Below, piece after piece: positions 16,011-31,485 of a DNA stretch of 64,000 nt. The notes beneath the pieces were generated by a model. The model worked only from the letters and a program-made list of their open reading frames with translations. It searched no databases and was not told the DNA's origin. Source of the stretch: Eledone cirrhosa. Taxonomy: Eukaryota. Within the stretch, counting starts at the first letter, position 1; the number at the start of each line of letters is the position of its first letter. The stretch covers positions 239,754,001 to 239,818,000 of the forward strand of contig OZ024740.1 of NCBI GenBank assembly GCA_964016885.1, in the 5' to 3' direction. Position numbers and translations under genes: made by a program.

Positions 16011-16889
16011 TTCTTCTCTCGGCCGATTGTAATATTCTAAACAGAATTAGAAATACATACTTAATATAAATTAAGCATTTTTGCATCTAGCTACATGTTT
16101 ATACTTGATTATGCTATATCATTATGTTAGCGTCGACTGAGCAGATCTATAATTAAAGGCAATACGCCACCATTCCGTCTTTTTTATTTTCTTATATTTT
16201 TCATGCAGTGGGTTAAACTTTGAAATTTCTCTTTTTGTTAAGATGTAAAGTATACTTTATGTGAGATTCTGTTACTACTCCTAGCTGGTATAATTATTTG
16301 GTACGTGCTCTTCGATGCACCATGAGGTTTTAAACTCTGTTCAGATAACAAACACTTCAAATGGGTTTACATATGTTATCGTTTAGTTTCTACTTAAAAT
16401 ATCACAACATTTTGTTATCATATTAAGTTAAGGCTATTCATGACACCTATTCTCCCCTACTTATAGGTTAAGCAGATATATCACCCAGGCCTTAATAGAC
16501 AGCTCTACATATCTAGTGTGATAATTTACTCTAAACATATTTTATAGGATTTACATAAGAATGTTAGTGTCATACCCTACATTTTTTAAGATCGAATACG
16601 TGACTGTTAAATTTCCTCATATTCTTATCAAATAATCTGGGGTCGTGCTAAACACAACATATCAGTGAGTAAAAACGTGCAGCAACACATGAAACTTAGT
16701 TGTTGAAATTTTGATTGGATTATATTTTCCCTTTTCTTGTTTTATAACTAAAAAAAATTCATGGATCTTGTTATATTCCTGTGGAGTAATGTAATAAATT
16801 TATCAACGCGCAGCAGATTCATGTATATTTTTTATCTTTCCGCTTGTACCACTGGAGCTGTTGTGGGATGAAAGATGTGCCGTTCGGCA

Positions 16890-17260
16890 ACATGTTGAAT
16901 GACATGTCCTTGCTAAATGTCATGTAACGTCAGGGAATCCTCCATGAAAGCCAGGTTTCCTAGGTCTGCCCCTGTACTTATAGCCAGACATCTTTGTGTT
17001 ATTCGCATGATGGGCTGCTTGGTTAACTTGCACCGTATTCTTTGTTGTAGCATGTAACGATAGGATTGGGTTTGACTACACCATTTTTCTGATCTTGTCC
17101 TTCCTGATCCTATATGGTGTTGTTGGTTGTTTGGCTCAAGCAGCATATTTCGCAGGTCATAATTTGACATTCTAGTGCCCTAGTCAGAGTCCAGGTTTGA
17201 TATCGGTACGTGTGTGTAGGCATGACGATTGAGTTGGTTGTTTCGTTTTTATCTCGTGGA
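16890..17260 (-). mobile_element. Highly decayed 3' fragment of an RTE-type LINE
   Basis: QTWTLTRALECQIMTCEICCL and a downstream RPRK-like motif. Confidence 0.5.
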
Positions 17261-17618
17261 ATTACATAAATACAGTGCTTATATACTATACTATATAGAC
17301 ACAACTTGCATATCGAAAATAGGAAAATAAATCACAAACTATCAGAGCACATTTGTGCTTTACTTCTCATTCAAATTAGCTATAAATATTTATCTACATG
17401 TAATTGATATTCTTACCCCCACCATACCCTTAATTGATGCATTGATAATGCATTAACTATTTATTTGTGCAGTCAAATTTCTACGACTAATATCACACAT
17501 AGCATCATATCACATCTGGATTCAAAGCTTCAATATTGATTTGATTAACTCGAAAATATTATTGTTTTAAAAAAGTATAATATTCAATAAAACTGATATA
17601 TTAATATTTCAATTCCCA

Positions 17619-17680
<62 letters not shown>

Positions 17681-17683
17681 TCT

Positions 17684-17736
<53 letters not shown>

Positions 17737-17827
17737 CACATATATATATATACATATACATGTATACATATATATATATATACATATATATACATACACA
17801 CATACACACACACACACACACATATAT

Positions 17828-17886
<59 letters not shown>

Positions 17887-17976
17887 AGAGTTAAACAAGA
17901 TTCAATGAATACATCAAAGAATGAGTTTTACAATAGTTAGGAAGCACTCTAGAGATATAATTTTCCAGAGTTATTA

Positions 17977-18040
17977 ATATTAATTCAAAATATTAACAAA
18001 ATAGATATTCTTGTGATCAAATATATTTGATTATACATAT
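17977..18040 (-). repeat. 64 bp inverted copy of the pLTR end 23894-23957 (3' half of hammerhead plus downstream)
   Basis: Reverse complement atatgtataatcaaatatatttgatcacaagaatatctattttgttaatattttgaattaatat matches 23894-23957 at 63/64. Confidence 0.95.
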
Positions 18041-19113
18041 CTGCCACTGTGGTCTTAGTTTGTTTGTCCGTTCGAGTCATGGGAAGATGGCTGCCGCCAT
18101 CCAGGTCTATTGCACCGGGGATGGGCTCGATGCTCTCATAGTTTGCTTGGATGATTAGCTCCATCCCCGACTCTGTCCAATTCTCCTGTTTTATTCGCAT
18201 GACGTCGAGTATAGTTGTTGATTCCTCAACGTCAGCGAGGATGACCGCCGTCAACCACGTGATCTCCACTGAGAGCAGAACCTGGGTTCCTCGAACCCTC
18301 ACCACTCTCTGGCCGCAGTATGTGGGCATCATTATTATTTCGTCACTGTGGAGTGGCGCAATGGAGTGTTCTCTGGCTTCTTCCCGTGTAGCGAAGAGTA
18401 CATCGACAGTGTCACACCTCGATCCCCGGTCTATGTATGTTTTCTGTGCCCAGGCGGCACCCATAGCTCTTTGGACCTGTGACTCCGTTGCTCGTTCGAC
18501 TCGGCGCGATTTTAATCCTATTGTGCGATAATTGACCGAACACAAAAGGTTGTTTTTCATTATATTAGCTGGGAGGGTGAGACTTACCCTGTGTCCGGTC
18601 TTTTTAACCAAGATCTTGGCTTGTTTTATCCCCTCATTGGTTTTTCTGGCTTTAACGAAAAATGCGTTGTGTTGTGATCTGCTGTGCTGACTCATCGCTA
18701 GTGTTGCCTTTGTTGCTGTTGTTGTTGTTGTTGGTGGGTTTTTTTTCTTCTTGTGTTGCTGCTGTTACAGTTGTTGTTCTCTGGGTTCTTTATGGCTGTT
18801 GCTGCTGTTATTGTTGTTGTTGGGCTGGCGGTGGTGTCTGATCTTTCTAATAATGTGAAATTTTTTTCGTAGATTGCACTGCTGCTGCTACTGTTCCAGT
18901 GGTTGCTGTTGCTGTTATCACCACCACTGCCACTGTCGCTGCTGCTGTTTCTGTTGTTTTTGCCTTTGCCTTGTGATTGGACGGAATCCTTTGGAAGAGG
19001 GGTTTTCTAACTACACACTAATGTAAAAATTACTATATAAAACTTTCGATAAATTCATAAAATTTAACTCACTTACTCCGTCGTAGTTACAACCGTCTCG
19101 AGAGATTCAGCAC
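18040..19113 (-). mobile_element. Duplicated 5' part (5'UTR + partial ORF1) of the Tx1-type LINE at 31486
   Basis: ORF 17985-18695 is nearly identical to 32057-32712 and has TGG where the donor has TAG (32573). It lacks ~155 bp corresponding to ~31613-31767. Confidence 0.92.
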
Positions 19114-19447
19114 ATAATAATAATAATAATTGTTTCTACTTTAGGCACAAGGCCAGCAATTACCCAGTACGTTACTGGTACTTTATTTTATCGACCCTGT
19201 AAGGATGAAAGGCAAAGTTAACCTTGGCGGCATTTGAACTCAGACCATATAACAATGGTTTTTTATATAGGCACAAGGCCAGCAATTTTGGGGGAAGGGA
19301 AAGTAGATTAAATCGACCCCAGTACATTACTGGTGCTTTATTTTATCGACCCCGTAAGGATGAAAGGCAAAGTTAACCTCGGCGGATTTGAACTCAGAAC
19401 GTAAAGTGCCATAACTCTATGCTGCAAATCATGGTGTCTGACGCTCT
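19114..19447 (-). mobile_element. Two tandem 5'-truncated SINEs (mirror of 31154-31485)
   Basis: Two copies of the gagttcaaat..gccgaggttaactttgcctttcatccttac.gggtcgataaaataaag core, flanked by (AAT)n. Confidence 0.88.
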
Positions 19448-19464
19448 AATAATAATAATAATAA

Positions 19465-20330
19465 TTTCTTTATTTTCCACGCTGGGCTCACTTTAAGAAA
19501 ACATTGTGGACGGCACATAACGGATATAGTGTTGGTTTTGGGATGTAAAACGTTTTTAACCTAACAAGGAAAACCTAAAAATTCAAACAAATAAATTCCC
19601 CAATAGGAGGACTTCCAAGGGTCACACATAGAGAAAGCACACAAAAAGCCACGGTTACTCTAACCATTAGGTCAAGTGACCTCTCCTTGTTGTTCTCCCC
19701 CAGTCTACAGGTACACACCCAGAGCAAGCCTCTTCACTCGGGTCATGGTAGCCTCTCTCACCTTACAACATACTTTCCCTTTTCACTCTGATTTACCTTT
19801 TCAAGAGAAACATGAAACAGTTGATCTTCTCTTCGCCGAAGTGGATTGTACTTGTCTTCAACCCTTTCAGACTTCTCCATCATACCACCCATTTCGCCAT
19901 GACTACTAGCTAAAGGAGGCTGGCGAGACAATCTTCGCGATGGTCTCAGCTGATATCTGGATCCGTGCAGGTGTTCAACACATACTCACAAGTCATGTGC
20001 ACATATCAGATAGACCCGGTTGACGGCACTTCCATGCCTTTAGAATTTATTTCGAATGGCAATACTCCTTGGTAGCAAGAATAGGCTAAATATTTCTGGA
20101 AGTTATCCATGGGCCATGGACTAAAAGTTATCCGGAAAAAATTGGTTAGGTGATTATCGTTGACGCCCAGAGTCTCCCCAAGAACATTGTCGATTTTACC
20201 CTCCTCCTCACCCTCTTTAGAACACCAATGTGGAGTCTCCATTGATCGATTGGCAGAGGGCTGTGAACACTTGAAGACATTCCAGTCTCCAAGTGCTACA
20301 TCTCGGTCGTCGCTTGACCCAGGATTGTAG
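19465..20330 (-). mobile_element. 3' fragment of a Tx1-type LINE (mirror of 30240-31136)
   Basis: LQSWVKRRPRCSTWRLECLQV, DNVLGETLGV and PMDNFQK match ORF2 of the element at ~36060-36800. Confidence 0.88.
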
Positions 20331-20719
20331 CATTTTTGTCCGTTCCTTTGTCTTTAGACTGGATTGCCTCAGAAACGTAAGCATAATGATGTTGTCTGAT
20401 GAGATTGCGTGACAGGTTACGTGATTGAACAATCACGTATCCACGATCCTCATTGAAATATGTGTCACAGCTTTGATAATAAAGGTCTCTTTAACATCTA
20501 CACTGAACATCGCATTTTCCTTATTCTACATATACTCCATCACCGACTTACAAATCATATTTGGAAGGAAAAACATGACGTTGAGTGCTTGAATCAAATT
20601 GCATCATTATTTACTGGTGGTGCGTTGCATACCGCAACCCCGTTTAGTCAAAATTTTTACCGTAAGTATGTATATATATATATATATATATATATAGATA
20701 AATATACACGGGTGTGTAT

Positions 20720-22200
20720 GATTGTGTATAGAAGATTATATTAATAAAAGGAATTCTAACTTTGTCTGATTTACTCGTTTTATTTACAATCCTTTAAAAT
20801 TTATAATGGTATTAGAATGAAATAGTATGGTAGAATATTAAATGTTAAATATTAATTGAACAAGTACTTTCATGCTTTCGCAATCTTCAGGTTCATATTC
20901 TGTGTTGACAGTCAAGTTTGTAATTTTCAACTGTAATGTGATGGGTAAATTTTGTGCCTTCTCTACAGTGAAAAGTGGCTATAGAATGCTAAATCTTGCA
21001 AACTGTATTTCGACCAATCGGTGTGTAGTTTCATTGGATTACTAAAGTTGATTGGTTTAGGCGTCACGGTTGGTTGAGCATGTCTAACGACTACTATTTG
21101 ACCCTGTCCAAAGCATCAATTGTTTTGCTATTTTTAGAAATGATGAAAATAGCATTTTCTAGTAATCATCACCATCAACATCACTTTTATTATTATTATT
21201 GTTGTTGTTGTTGTTGTTAGTGGTCGTAGTCATAGTCATAGTAGGAGTAATACCCCTAAGCATTATTATTGTTCATTTACCTTGGGTTGGAATTTATCAA
21301 TAAAATTCTTTTCTTGGATTTTTCTCTTGATTTCACTTGGGCTGTGTAATTTGTAGAATGGAAATATTATAAATATTCTCTGACCACATGTTGCTATATG
21401 GTTACTCAGGGATATCTGACGGACAGTTGGGTCTCTTATTTGCTGTCCGTGTACCCGTACACGTTCCGATAGTGTATTTCCTGTTTGACAGACATATAGT
21501 TCTTCACAATTCGGGTATTTAATGCAGTAAATTAGATTTCTGCTTTTGCAGTTCATATTTGCATTTGGGAATATTTTTCCAGTTTTTGTTGTCATATATT
21601 GACCAGTGTGTATTGATTGACATGTGCCACATCGACTATTATTGCATTTAGATATAGTGAATGATTGGTCTTTGTTGTTAAGGTCAAACTTTGCTTTTGT
21701 TAGTAATTGCTTCAAATTTTTCGGTTGTCTTTTACTAAGAATCAAAGATCGATCTGTGATTAAGCCTTTTAATTCATTACTTTCAGCAATGATCGGTAGG
21801 TTTGCTTTGGCAGTGTTAAAGATATTCTGGTGACATGGATTGTGTGTCATTATAAATGGTATGACCAGTTCTTGGTTTCTTCTTCCTTGGGTTGTCCTAA
21901 GTTGTTGTATAGGTATTTTTATAGCCCGCTGTATGCCATTTTCTATAAGTAGAGATGGGTATTTTTGTTTGAGCAAAAATTCTCTTAGTTCTGTTAGGCG
22001 TTTGTTCCTGGTTTTCGTATCTTCTACAATGGTACAAATTCTTCTGGCTTGGCACTGTGGGATGTTGCGTTTTGTAAGAGGTGGATGGCACGACTTAAAA
22101 TTCAGATAATGATGGGTGTCAGTGTGTTTATAATATATATCCGTGGTAATGGTGGTGTCGTTTTTTATTACCATTATATCTAGGAATGGTAATTTGGTAC
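20720..22200 (-). mobile_element. 5'-truncated Penelope-like element (Neptune-like Cys linker) with pLTR
   Basis: 313 aa ORF 21266-22207: LPFLDI, YYKHTDTHHYLNFKSCHP, KCNNSRCGTC, NLIYCI...YVCQTG..ER, PKVN. Hammerhead in the 3' region. Confidence 0.92.
20857..20895 (-). ncRNA. Minimal type I hammerhead ribozyme
   Basis: TGAAC-CTGAAGA-T TGC gaaa GCA T-GAAA-GTAC-TT|GTTCA; GNRA loop and palindromic stem III AGTACT. Confidence 0.9.
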
Positions 22201-22316
22201 TACTCATATATGCATATATGCGTGTGTGTCTTTGTGTATGATGTGTGTGAGTATGTATGAGAGAGAGAGAGAGACTGGGAGAAAGAGAGGGAGAGAACGA
22301 GAGAGAGAGAAAGAGC

Positions 22317-22467
<151 letters not shown>

Positions 22468-23404
22468 CGCGCGTGTATCTATGCTTCCATTGTTGTTGTT
22501 GAGTACTTTATCTCTTTCTCTCAAAATTAATTTTAGTGCTTTGTTCATATTCTGCTGTTTACATTATTTTTTTCTGCTTGTGTTCATAAAATGGCGTGTT
22601 TTAGTGGATGGTGGTCAATCTGTTTACATTAATATCTTTTCTCCTGTAACAAGCCATCATACAGCTCCTCCATATTCAGCCATCATTTACAATGATCAAA
22701 TAAACAATATATTGTTTTAATAAAACTGCTGTACTTTCTGTAATAAAATACTTGAAAGTGTGCTCACATGGTTGACTTATATATTTTTTACTGTTTTGTT
22801 ATGGAAAAGAGGGCAGCGTTCAAGCTATTTTATTTTCAGTCCCGACACCCAGCCGACTGGTGGAGTAATGACTACCACTCAAAAATTCAGAATGCAAAGA
22901 ACCTGAACAGATGCTATAAGGCAAGTCGTCCAATGATCCGACGATTCCGTCAACCTACCACTCTGAACGGGTGCTTTATTTGATCGAACTTGAATGAATA
23001 AACAGCAAAGTCGACTTCAGCAGGATTTGAACTAAGGTTGCAGAGAGTTGTAAATAGATCAGATCACTTTTTTCTTTCAATTCTGCCAAATCACCGCCTT
23101 AATTTAACCAAAGAGAAAGTTATTATATTTAACCTCAAATGCTTCAGTATTACAATACATCAAGTTTATCTACCTGAAAAATGGCAGCAATTTCTGCTCT
23201 TTGTATTAAATAACTGTGCCTGTGCTGCAATAACACTCAGTGAGTATGGTTTTTTCTGGTTGTCCAGTTATGGCAAGCACAAGGAAACGCACAGCAAAGG
23301 AAATACTTAATTTTAGTTGATTAAATTTAATTTTTCCTTCTTATTGATATAACTAGTAATTCTAACACGATTGATACTTTCCCAGAGGATAATCTAGTAA
23401 TCTT

Positions 23405-24089
<685 letters not shown>

Positions 24090-24599
24090 CATTTAAAATA
24101 TTAATATAATCAGTTTTATTGAATATTATACTTTTTTAATACAATCGATATTAATTATGTATATTGATTATATATAAAATAAACATTGATATATGACTTT
24201 AAGATTAATCCTCAAGTTCATAGTAATATCACACACTAGCAGATACAAACATAATCAGTATTTGACTCTAGTACACATCATAAATAACCATATTAGCAAG
24301 ATTCTTTACTCTTGATTTAAAATATTCTTCAATTAATTGCTGATTCACTATAATATTACCAAAAGCTATTCCATTAAGAAAACAAAAACGTAATTAATGC
24401 ACAGTGATATCCTCCTTTGCACATAACGAGATCTTACGTTAATAACGTCGGCCATCTTTGTTTGGAGCTGCCTGAATGATAGCGTCGTGTGTATCTGCGA
24501 AACTCACAATTTAGTATACATACAGCGTTTGAAATCGGAGGTAGCAGTTTTTGTGTTGAAGACATTAACCATATCATTTTAGCTCTGTTCTTCCCATAG

Positions 24600-26280
24600 A
24601 GCACTCTCTTCCCTTTATCTGTTTAATAGAACCTTCCATCACTAATCATAGAGTTCCCGACGGCGAAGGATTTTGCACCAAGATTATCATCCTTTAGCCC
24701 GGCAAGTTGAACACTCTAAAAAATACAAGGGTATAAATGAACACAAGAAGGGAGTTATATAAGATTGACTATTCTACAAAGATCATACCAAAACAACTTA
24801 CAGCAAATTGTTGACAGAAAAAAGAGAAAATGTGGTGCGCAGACCGAGAAGAAATATGCTACTCTTCGACGGAGAGATAGCTACCAGTACCACTGACTAA
24901 TTTTATATCAAACCAAGACTATTTCCACCTAGAGTTAGAGAACTAGCACCATTTGAAACGAAATTATGACATCTAATAATTAATATAAAATTCCGTGAGT
25001 ACCATAGTAATTTCCAAACTAAACTTTCACATGATCTCAACAAATTTAAATCTGCTAAAATACTTTTGTCTTCTCAGATAAAACAAAAAAACTTATACGA
25101 AGTAGATACAGATAAATCTAACCAACCATTGCTTAATGATATCACTAATACATACAAAAAGCTGAACTTACCACCTATAAAATATTAATAATGGTTTCTT
25201 TATCGGCCACAAGGGATATATATATATATATATATTAATAATGAAATAGATAATATAATTAGAAATAGATAAAGCTTAGCCAAACGTAGTGCTTTTATCG
25301 CTTTGAAACACATAAAAATTACTTTAATAATAGGCCTAGTTCTAGATGAATAAACACAACTTAAACCGATATAAGACTAGCCAGTAAGAAGATCCTAAAA
25401 AAAAGATCAACTATTACAGTGGATTTACATCTTCAATGATATCTTGGTCTAAGAATATCCGTGATAAAAATAACGTTCACTCAATTTCACATCATGGACT
25501 TCTACCCCTCTATTTGCCATGCACTTTTAGATAGAGCTTTTCACTTTGCTCAAGGATTAGGCCTGATTAATGACCAGGAATTAGATGTAATTATGCACGC
25601 TAGAAAAAGATCAACGCCACAAAACCCTTTTGGTGCCTCGATGTGGTCGTATGACAACACAGACACCATTGATTTGGTTGGATTATTTATCCTCTGTACC
25701 ATCAAGGAGAAATTTCCAGAGCATGCCATTGGCCTACACCGTGACGATGGCCCGGCAGTCTCCCATAATACCAACTGCCATTCCTTAGATAAGTTCCGTA
25801 AGGATCCATAACAGAACTTTAAAGATTAGACCTCCACCTAACCGCAGATACTAACTTAAGTAACGCAAATTGTTTAGATGTAAATTTAGATTTAGCATTT
25901 ACCTACAGACCCTACCATAAGCCTAATGAAAAATTCAGATATATCAACAGAGGGTCATGTCACTCATTGAAGTATTTAAAAATCTGCATTAGTTGTAGGA
26001 TCTCGACTTTATCTTCCCCTAAATAAATATCCAATAAAGAGGCCCCATATTACAATAAAGCTCTTAGTGATTTCAAGGAGAAGAATAAAGCTTCTTAGTG
26101 GTTTCAAGGAGAAGAATACATATATGTCAAATAGTAACAACCATAACAGAAATAGAAAGATAATCTGGTTATCATCAACCTACTCCATAACAGTAAAGAC
26201 CAACGTAGGTAGCAAATTCCTACAGCTAATAGATTAATACTTCCCACCTTGCCATATGTATAATAAGATATTTAACATAC
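24600..26280 (+). mobile_element. Heavily decayed Penelope-like element (same RT group as 11985-12767), 3' part missing
   Basis: FTQFHIMDFYPSI, DLVGLFIL and GLHRDDG in ORF 25461-25811; flanks show RPYHKPNEK and APYYNKAL-like remnants. Confidence 0.8.
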
Positions 26281-26339
26281 AGTCGGTGAGAGTTAGCTAC
26301 TCTTCCGTCTCGTCGATAAGGTCGAATATAAGCGCAAAA

Positions 26340-26790
26340 CGAACACCGGAGGACAACTCAGAATGCTCTTGTAGGAAAAATGCAGCAAAAATGCAATGCT
26401 GCATGTCAGTAAAACAAGGGCAGTGACTGCAGAAAACATGCGTAGACTGGAGAGAAATGAAACATCCATGCTCTGTTGGATGTGCAACGTAAATGTGAGA
26501 GAACGGCAGAGCTTAGATGAACTGATGGATAAAATTGTGTTTATGGGGAATCCGAGGTGGTACGGACATGTGATGCGCATGGATGATGACCGATGGGCGA
26601 AGAATTTCCAGGAAATGGCAGTGGAAGGAAGCCGCGAAAGAAATGGACAGAAATGGTGAAAGCTGATCTCAGATCACTGAGACTCACTGACGAGATGACG
26701 AAGAAACGCGGTGAGTAGAGAGATGCTATGCTGAGAAGGACCCGTCCAACCCATTCAAGCGTGGAAGAACGGACGTAAAAACGACGATAA
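26340..26790 (+). mobile_element. 3' fragment of an RTE-type LINE
   Basis: MRRLERNETSMLCWMC...RWYGHVMRMDDDRW...VEGSR; short gacgataatgacg tail. Confidence 0.8.
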
Positions 26791-28404
26791 TGACGAGAAT
26801 ATATATATGTATATATATATATATGTGGGTGTGTGTGTGTGCGTGTGTGTATGTATGCATGTCTCTATGTATGTATGTACTGTGTGTGTTTGAGTGTCCC
26901 CACAATCTAGTGATTTATAAGATACGACTTCAATGCAAAATGCGATACGAGTTACATAAATCAAGTAGAATGAAGGTCTTTCATAAATATGCTTTTTAAA
27001 AAGGTTGAAATACTGGTCTATTTATCATAGTATTATTTTACAAATCTCCTATAAATCATATCTTAATCTTAAGTAAAGCTGACATTAAATAACGTATATT
27101 TAGATAGCCCTAAAAGAATGTGGTGGTTGCAGTTGGAATCCGGTTTTTATACCGGGGATAAACAACAGCTACTTTCTTGTGCATGTTAATAACATTTACT
27201 AAATTACCTCACTGGACTTACTGCCGCAAGGGAAATTATCAATATCGATATTGATGAATTTGATGTGCATTAATAAGATTACTAGATTATCCTCTGGGAA
27301 AGTATCAATAGTGTTAGAATTACTAGTTATATCAATAAGAAGGAAAAATTAAATTTAATCAACTAAAATTAAGTATTTCCTTTGCTGTGCGTTTCATTGT
27401 GCTTGCCATAACTGGACAACCAGAAAAGGCCATACTCACTGAGTGTTATTGCAGCACAAGCACAGTTATTTAATACAAAGAGCAGAAAAAATATCTAAAA
27501 TTGCTGCCAGTTTTCAGGTAGATAAACTCGATATAATGTAATACTGAAGCATTTGAGGTTAAATAGAATAACCTTCTCTTTGGTTAAATTAAGGCGGCAA
27601 ATTGGCAGAATTGCAAGAAAAAAAGCGATCTGATCTGTATACAACTCACTGCAACCTTAGTTCAAATCCTGCTGAAGTCGACTTTGCTGTTTGTTCATTC
27701 AAGTTCGATCAAATAAAGCACCCGTTCAGAGTGGTAAGTTGACGGAATCGTCGGATCATTGGACGACTTGCCTTATGGCATCTGTTCAGGTTCTTTGCAT
27801 TCTGAATTTTTGAGTGGTAGTCATTACTCCACCAGTCGGCTGGGTGTCGGGACTGAAAATAAAATAGCTTGAACGCTGCCCTCTTTTCCATAACAAAACA
27901 GTAAAAAATATATAAGTCAACCATGTGAGCACACTTTCAAGTATTTTATTACAGAAAGTACAGCAGTTTTATTAAAACAATATATTGTTTATTTGATCAT
28001 TGTAAATGATGGCTGAATATGGAGGAGCTGTATGATGGCTTGTTACAGGAGAAAAGATATTAATGTAAACAGATTGACCACCATCCACTAAAACACGCCA
28101 TTTTATGAACACAAGCAGAAAAAATAATGTAAACAGCAGAATATGAACAAAGCACTAAAATTAAGTTTGAGAGAAAAAGATAAAGTACCCAACAACAACA
28201 ATGGAAGCATACATACACGCGCGCACGCACACACACACACAGACACACACACACTCGCTCTTTCTCTCTCTCCCGTTCTCTCCCTCTCTCTCTCTCTCCT
28301 GTTATCTCCCCCTCTCTCTCTCTCTCCCGTTCTCTCCCTCTCTCTCTCTCTCATACATACTCACACACATCATACACAAACACACACACGCATATATGCA
28401 TATA

Positions 28405-29860
28405 TGAGTAGTACCAAATTACCATTCCTAGATATAATGGTAATAAAAAACGACACCACCATTACCACGGATACATATTATAAACACACAGACACCCATC
28501 ATTATCTGAATTTTAAGTCGTGCCTCCACCTCATACAAAACGTAACATCCCACAGTGCCAAGCCAGAAGAATTTGTACCATTGTAGAAGATACGAAAACC
28601 AGGAACAAACGCCTAACAGAACTAAGAGAATTTTTGCTCAAACAAAAATACCCATCTCTACTTATAGAAAATGGCATACAGCGGGCTATAAAAATACCTA
28701 TGCAACAACTTAGGACAACCCAAGGAAGAAGAAACCAAGAATGACACACAATCCATGTCACCAGAATATCTTCAACACTGCCAAAGCAAACCTACCGATC
28801 ATTGCTCAAAGTAATGAATTAAAAGGCTTAATCACAGATCGATCTTTGACTCTTAGTAAAAGACAACCGAAAAATTTGAAGCAATTACTAACAAAAGCAA
28901 AGTTTGACCTTAACAACAAAGACCAATCATTCACTGTATCTAAATGCAATGATAGCCGATGTGGCACTGGTCAATATATGACAACAAAAACTGGAAAAAT
29001 ATTCCCAAATGCAAATATGAACTGCAAAAGCAGAAATCTAATTTACTGCATTAAATGCCCGAATTGTGAAGAACTATATGTCCGTCAAACTGGAAATGCA
29101 CTATCGGAACGTGCACGGGTACACCGACAGCAAATCAGAGACCCAAATGTTCGTCAGATATCCCTGAGTAACCATCTAGCAACATGTGGTCAGAGAATAT
29201 TTATAATATTTCCATTCTACAAATTACACAGCCCAAGTGAAATCAAGAGAAAAATCAAAGAAAAGAATTTTATTGATAAATTCCAACCCAAGGTAAATGA
29301 ACAATAATAATGATTAGGGGTATTACTCCTACTATGACTATGACTACGACCACTAACAACAACAACAACAATAATAATAATAAAAGTGATGTTGATGGTG
29401 ATGATTACTAGAAAATGCTATTTTCATCATTTCTAAAAATAGCAAAACAATTGGTGCTTTGGACAGGGTCAATTAGTGGTCGTTAGACATGCTCAACCAA
29501 ACGTGACGTCTAAACCATTCAGCTTTAGTAATCCAATGAAACTACACACCGATTGGTCGAAATACAGTTTGCAAGATTTAGCATTCTGTAGCCACTTTTC
29601 ACAGTATATAAGGCACAAAATTTCCGCATCTCGTTACAGTTGAAAATTACAAACTTGACTGTCACCACAGAATATGAACCTGAAGATTGCGAAAGCATGA
29701 AAGTACTTGTTCAATTAATACTTAACATTTAATATTCTACCATACTATTTCATTCTAATACCATAATAAATTTTAAAGGATTGTAAATAAAACGAGTAAA
29801 TCAGACAAAGTTAGTATTCATTTTATTAATATAATCTTCTATACACAATCATACACACCC
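28405..29860 (+). mobile_element. Penelope-like element 3' part (donor copy of 20720-22200), frameshifted
   Basis: ORFs 28143-28586, 28520-28744 and 28741-29307 reproduce the 313 aa RT-thumb/GIY-YIG peptide with small deletions. Confidence 0.92.
29675..29713 (+). ncRNA. Minimal type I hammerhead ribozyme
   Basis: TGAAC-CTGAAGA-TTGCGAAAGCAT-GAAA-GTAC-TT|GTTCA, identical to 20857-20895. Confidence 0.9.
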
Positions 29861-29865
29861 GTGTA

Positions 29866-29903
<38 letters not shown>

Positions 29904-30239
29904 CTTACGGTAAAAATTTTGACTAAACGGGGTTGCGGTATGCAACGCACCAACCAGTAAATAATGATGCAATTTGATTCAAGCACTCAACGTCATGTTT
30001 TTCCTTCCAAATATGATTTGTAAGTCGTTGATGGAGTATATGTAGAATAAGGAGAATGCGATGTTCAGTGTAGATGTTAAAGAGACCTTTATTATCAAAG
30101 CTGTGACACATATTTCAGTGAGGATCGTGGATACGTGATTGTTGAATCACGTAACCTGTCACGCAATCTCATCAGACAACATCATTATGCTTACGTTTCT
30201 GAGGCAATCCAGTCTAAAGACAAGGGAACGGACAAAAAT

Positions 30240-31136
30240 GCTACAATCCTGGGTCAAGCGAAGACCGAGATGTAGCACTTGGAGACTGGAATGTCTTCAA
30301 GTGTTCACAGCCCTCTGCCAATCGATCAATGGAGACTCCACATTGGTGTTCTAAAGAGGGTTAGGAGGAGGGTAAAATCGACAATGTTCTTGGGGAGACT
30401 CTGGGCGTCAACGATAATCACCTAACCAATTTTTTCCGGATAACCTTTAGTCCATGGCCCATGGATAACTGCCAGAAATATCTAGCCTATCCTTGCTACC
30501 AAGGAGTATTGCCATTCGAAATAAATTCTAAAGGCATGGAAGTGCCGTCAACCGGGTCTATCTGATATGTGCACATGACTTGTGAGTATGTGTTGAACAC
30601 CTGCTGTCACGTATGGCACGGATCCAGCTATCAGCTCAGACCATCGCGAAGATTGTCTCGCCAGCCTCCTTTAGCTAGTAGTCATGGCGAAAGAGGTGGT
30701 ATGATGGAGACGTCTGAAAGGGTGGAAGACAAGTACAATCCACTTCGGCGAAGACAAGATCAACTGTTTCATGTTTCTCTTGAAAAGGTAAATCAGGGTG
30801 AAGAGGGAAATACTGCCTTCTACAAAGTATGTTGTAAGGTGAGAGAGACTACCATGACCCGAGTGAAGAGGCTTGCTCTGGGTGTGTACCTGTAGACTGG
30901 GGAAGGACAACAGGGAGAGGTCACTTGACCTAATGGTTAGAGTAACCGTAGCTTTTTGTGTGCTTTCTCTATGTGTGACCCTCGGAAGTCCTCCTATTGG
31001 GGAATTTATTTCTTTGAATTTTTTACGTTTTCCTTGTTAGGTTAAAAACGTTTTACATCCCAAAACCAACACTATATCCGTCATGTGCCGTCCACAATGT
31101 TTTCTTAAAGTGAGCCCAGCATGGCAAATAAAGAAA
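30240..31136 (+). mobile_element. 3' fragment of a Tx1-type LINE ending aataaagaa + (ATT)n
   Basis: Homologous to ~36062-36930; stops and deletions. Confidence 0.88.
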
Positions 31137-31153
31137 TTATTATTATTATTATT

Positions 31154-31485
31154 AGAGCGTCAGACACCATGATTTGCAGTTAGAGTTATGGCACTTTACG
31201 TTCTGAGTTCAAATCCGCCGAGGTTAACTTTGCCTTTCATCCTTACGGGGTCGATAAAATAAAGCACCAGTAATGCACTAGAGTCGATTTAATCGACTTT
31301 CCCTTCCCCCAAAATTGCTGGCCTTGTGCCTATATAAGAAACCATTGTTATATCGTCTGAGTTCAAATGCGCCAAGGTTAACTTTGCCTTTCATCCTTAC
31401 AGGGTCGATAAAATAAAGTACCAGTAACGTACTGGGCAATTGCTGGCCTTGTGCCTAAAGTAGAAACAATTATTATTATTATTAT
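31154..31485 (+). mobile_element. Two tandem 5'-truncated tRNA-derived SINEs with (ATT)n tail
   Basis: B-box gagttcaaat, Nin-like gcctttcatccttacggggtcgataaaataaag, 3' gctggccttgtgcct. Confidence 0.88.

Noticed and set aside
24465-24520. Further hammerhead (ctgaatga...gcgaaac) upstream of the decayed PLE
   Set aside because: The core has an extra base and stems I-III do not pair convincingly.
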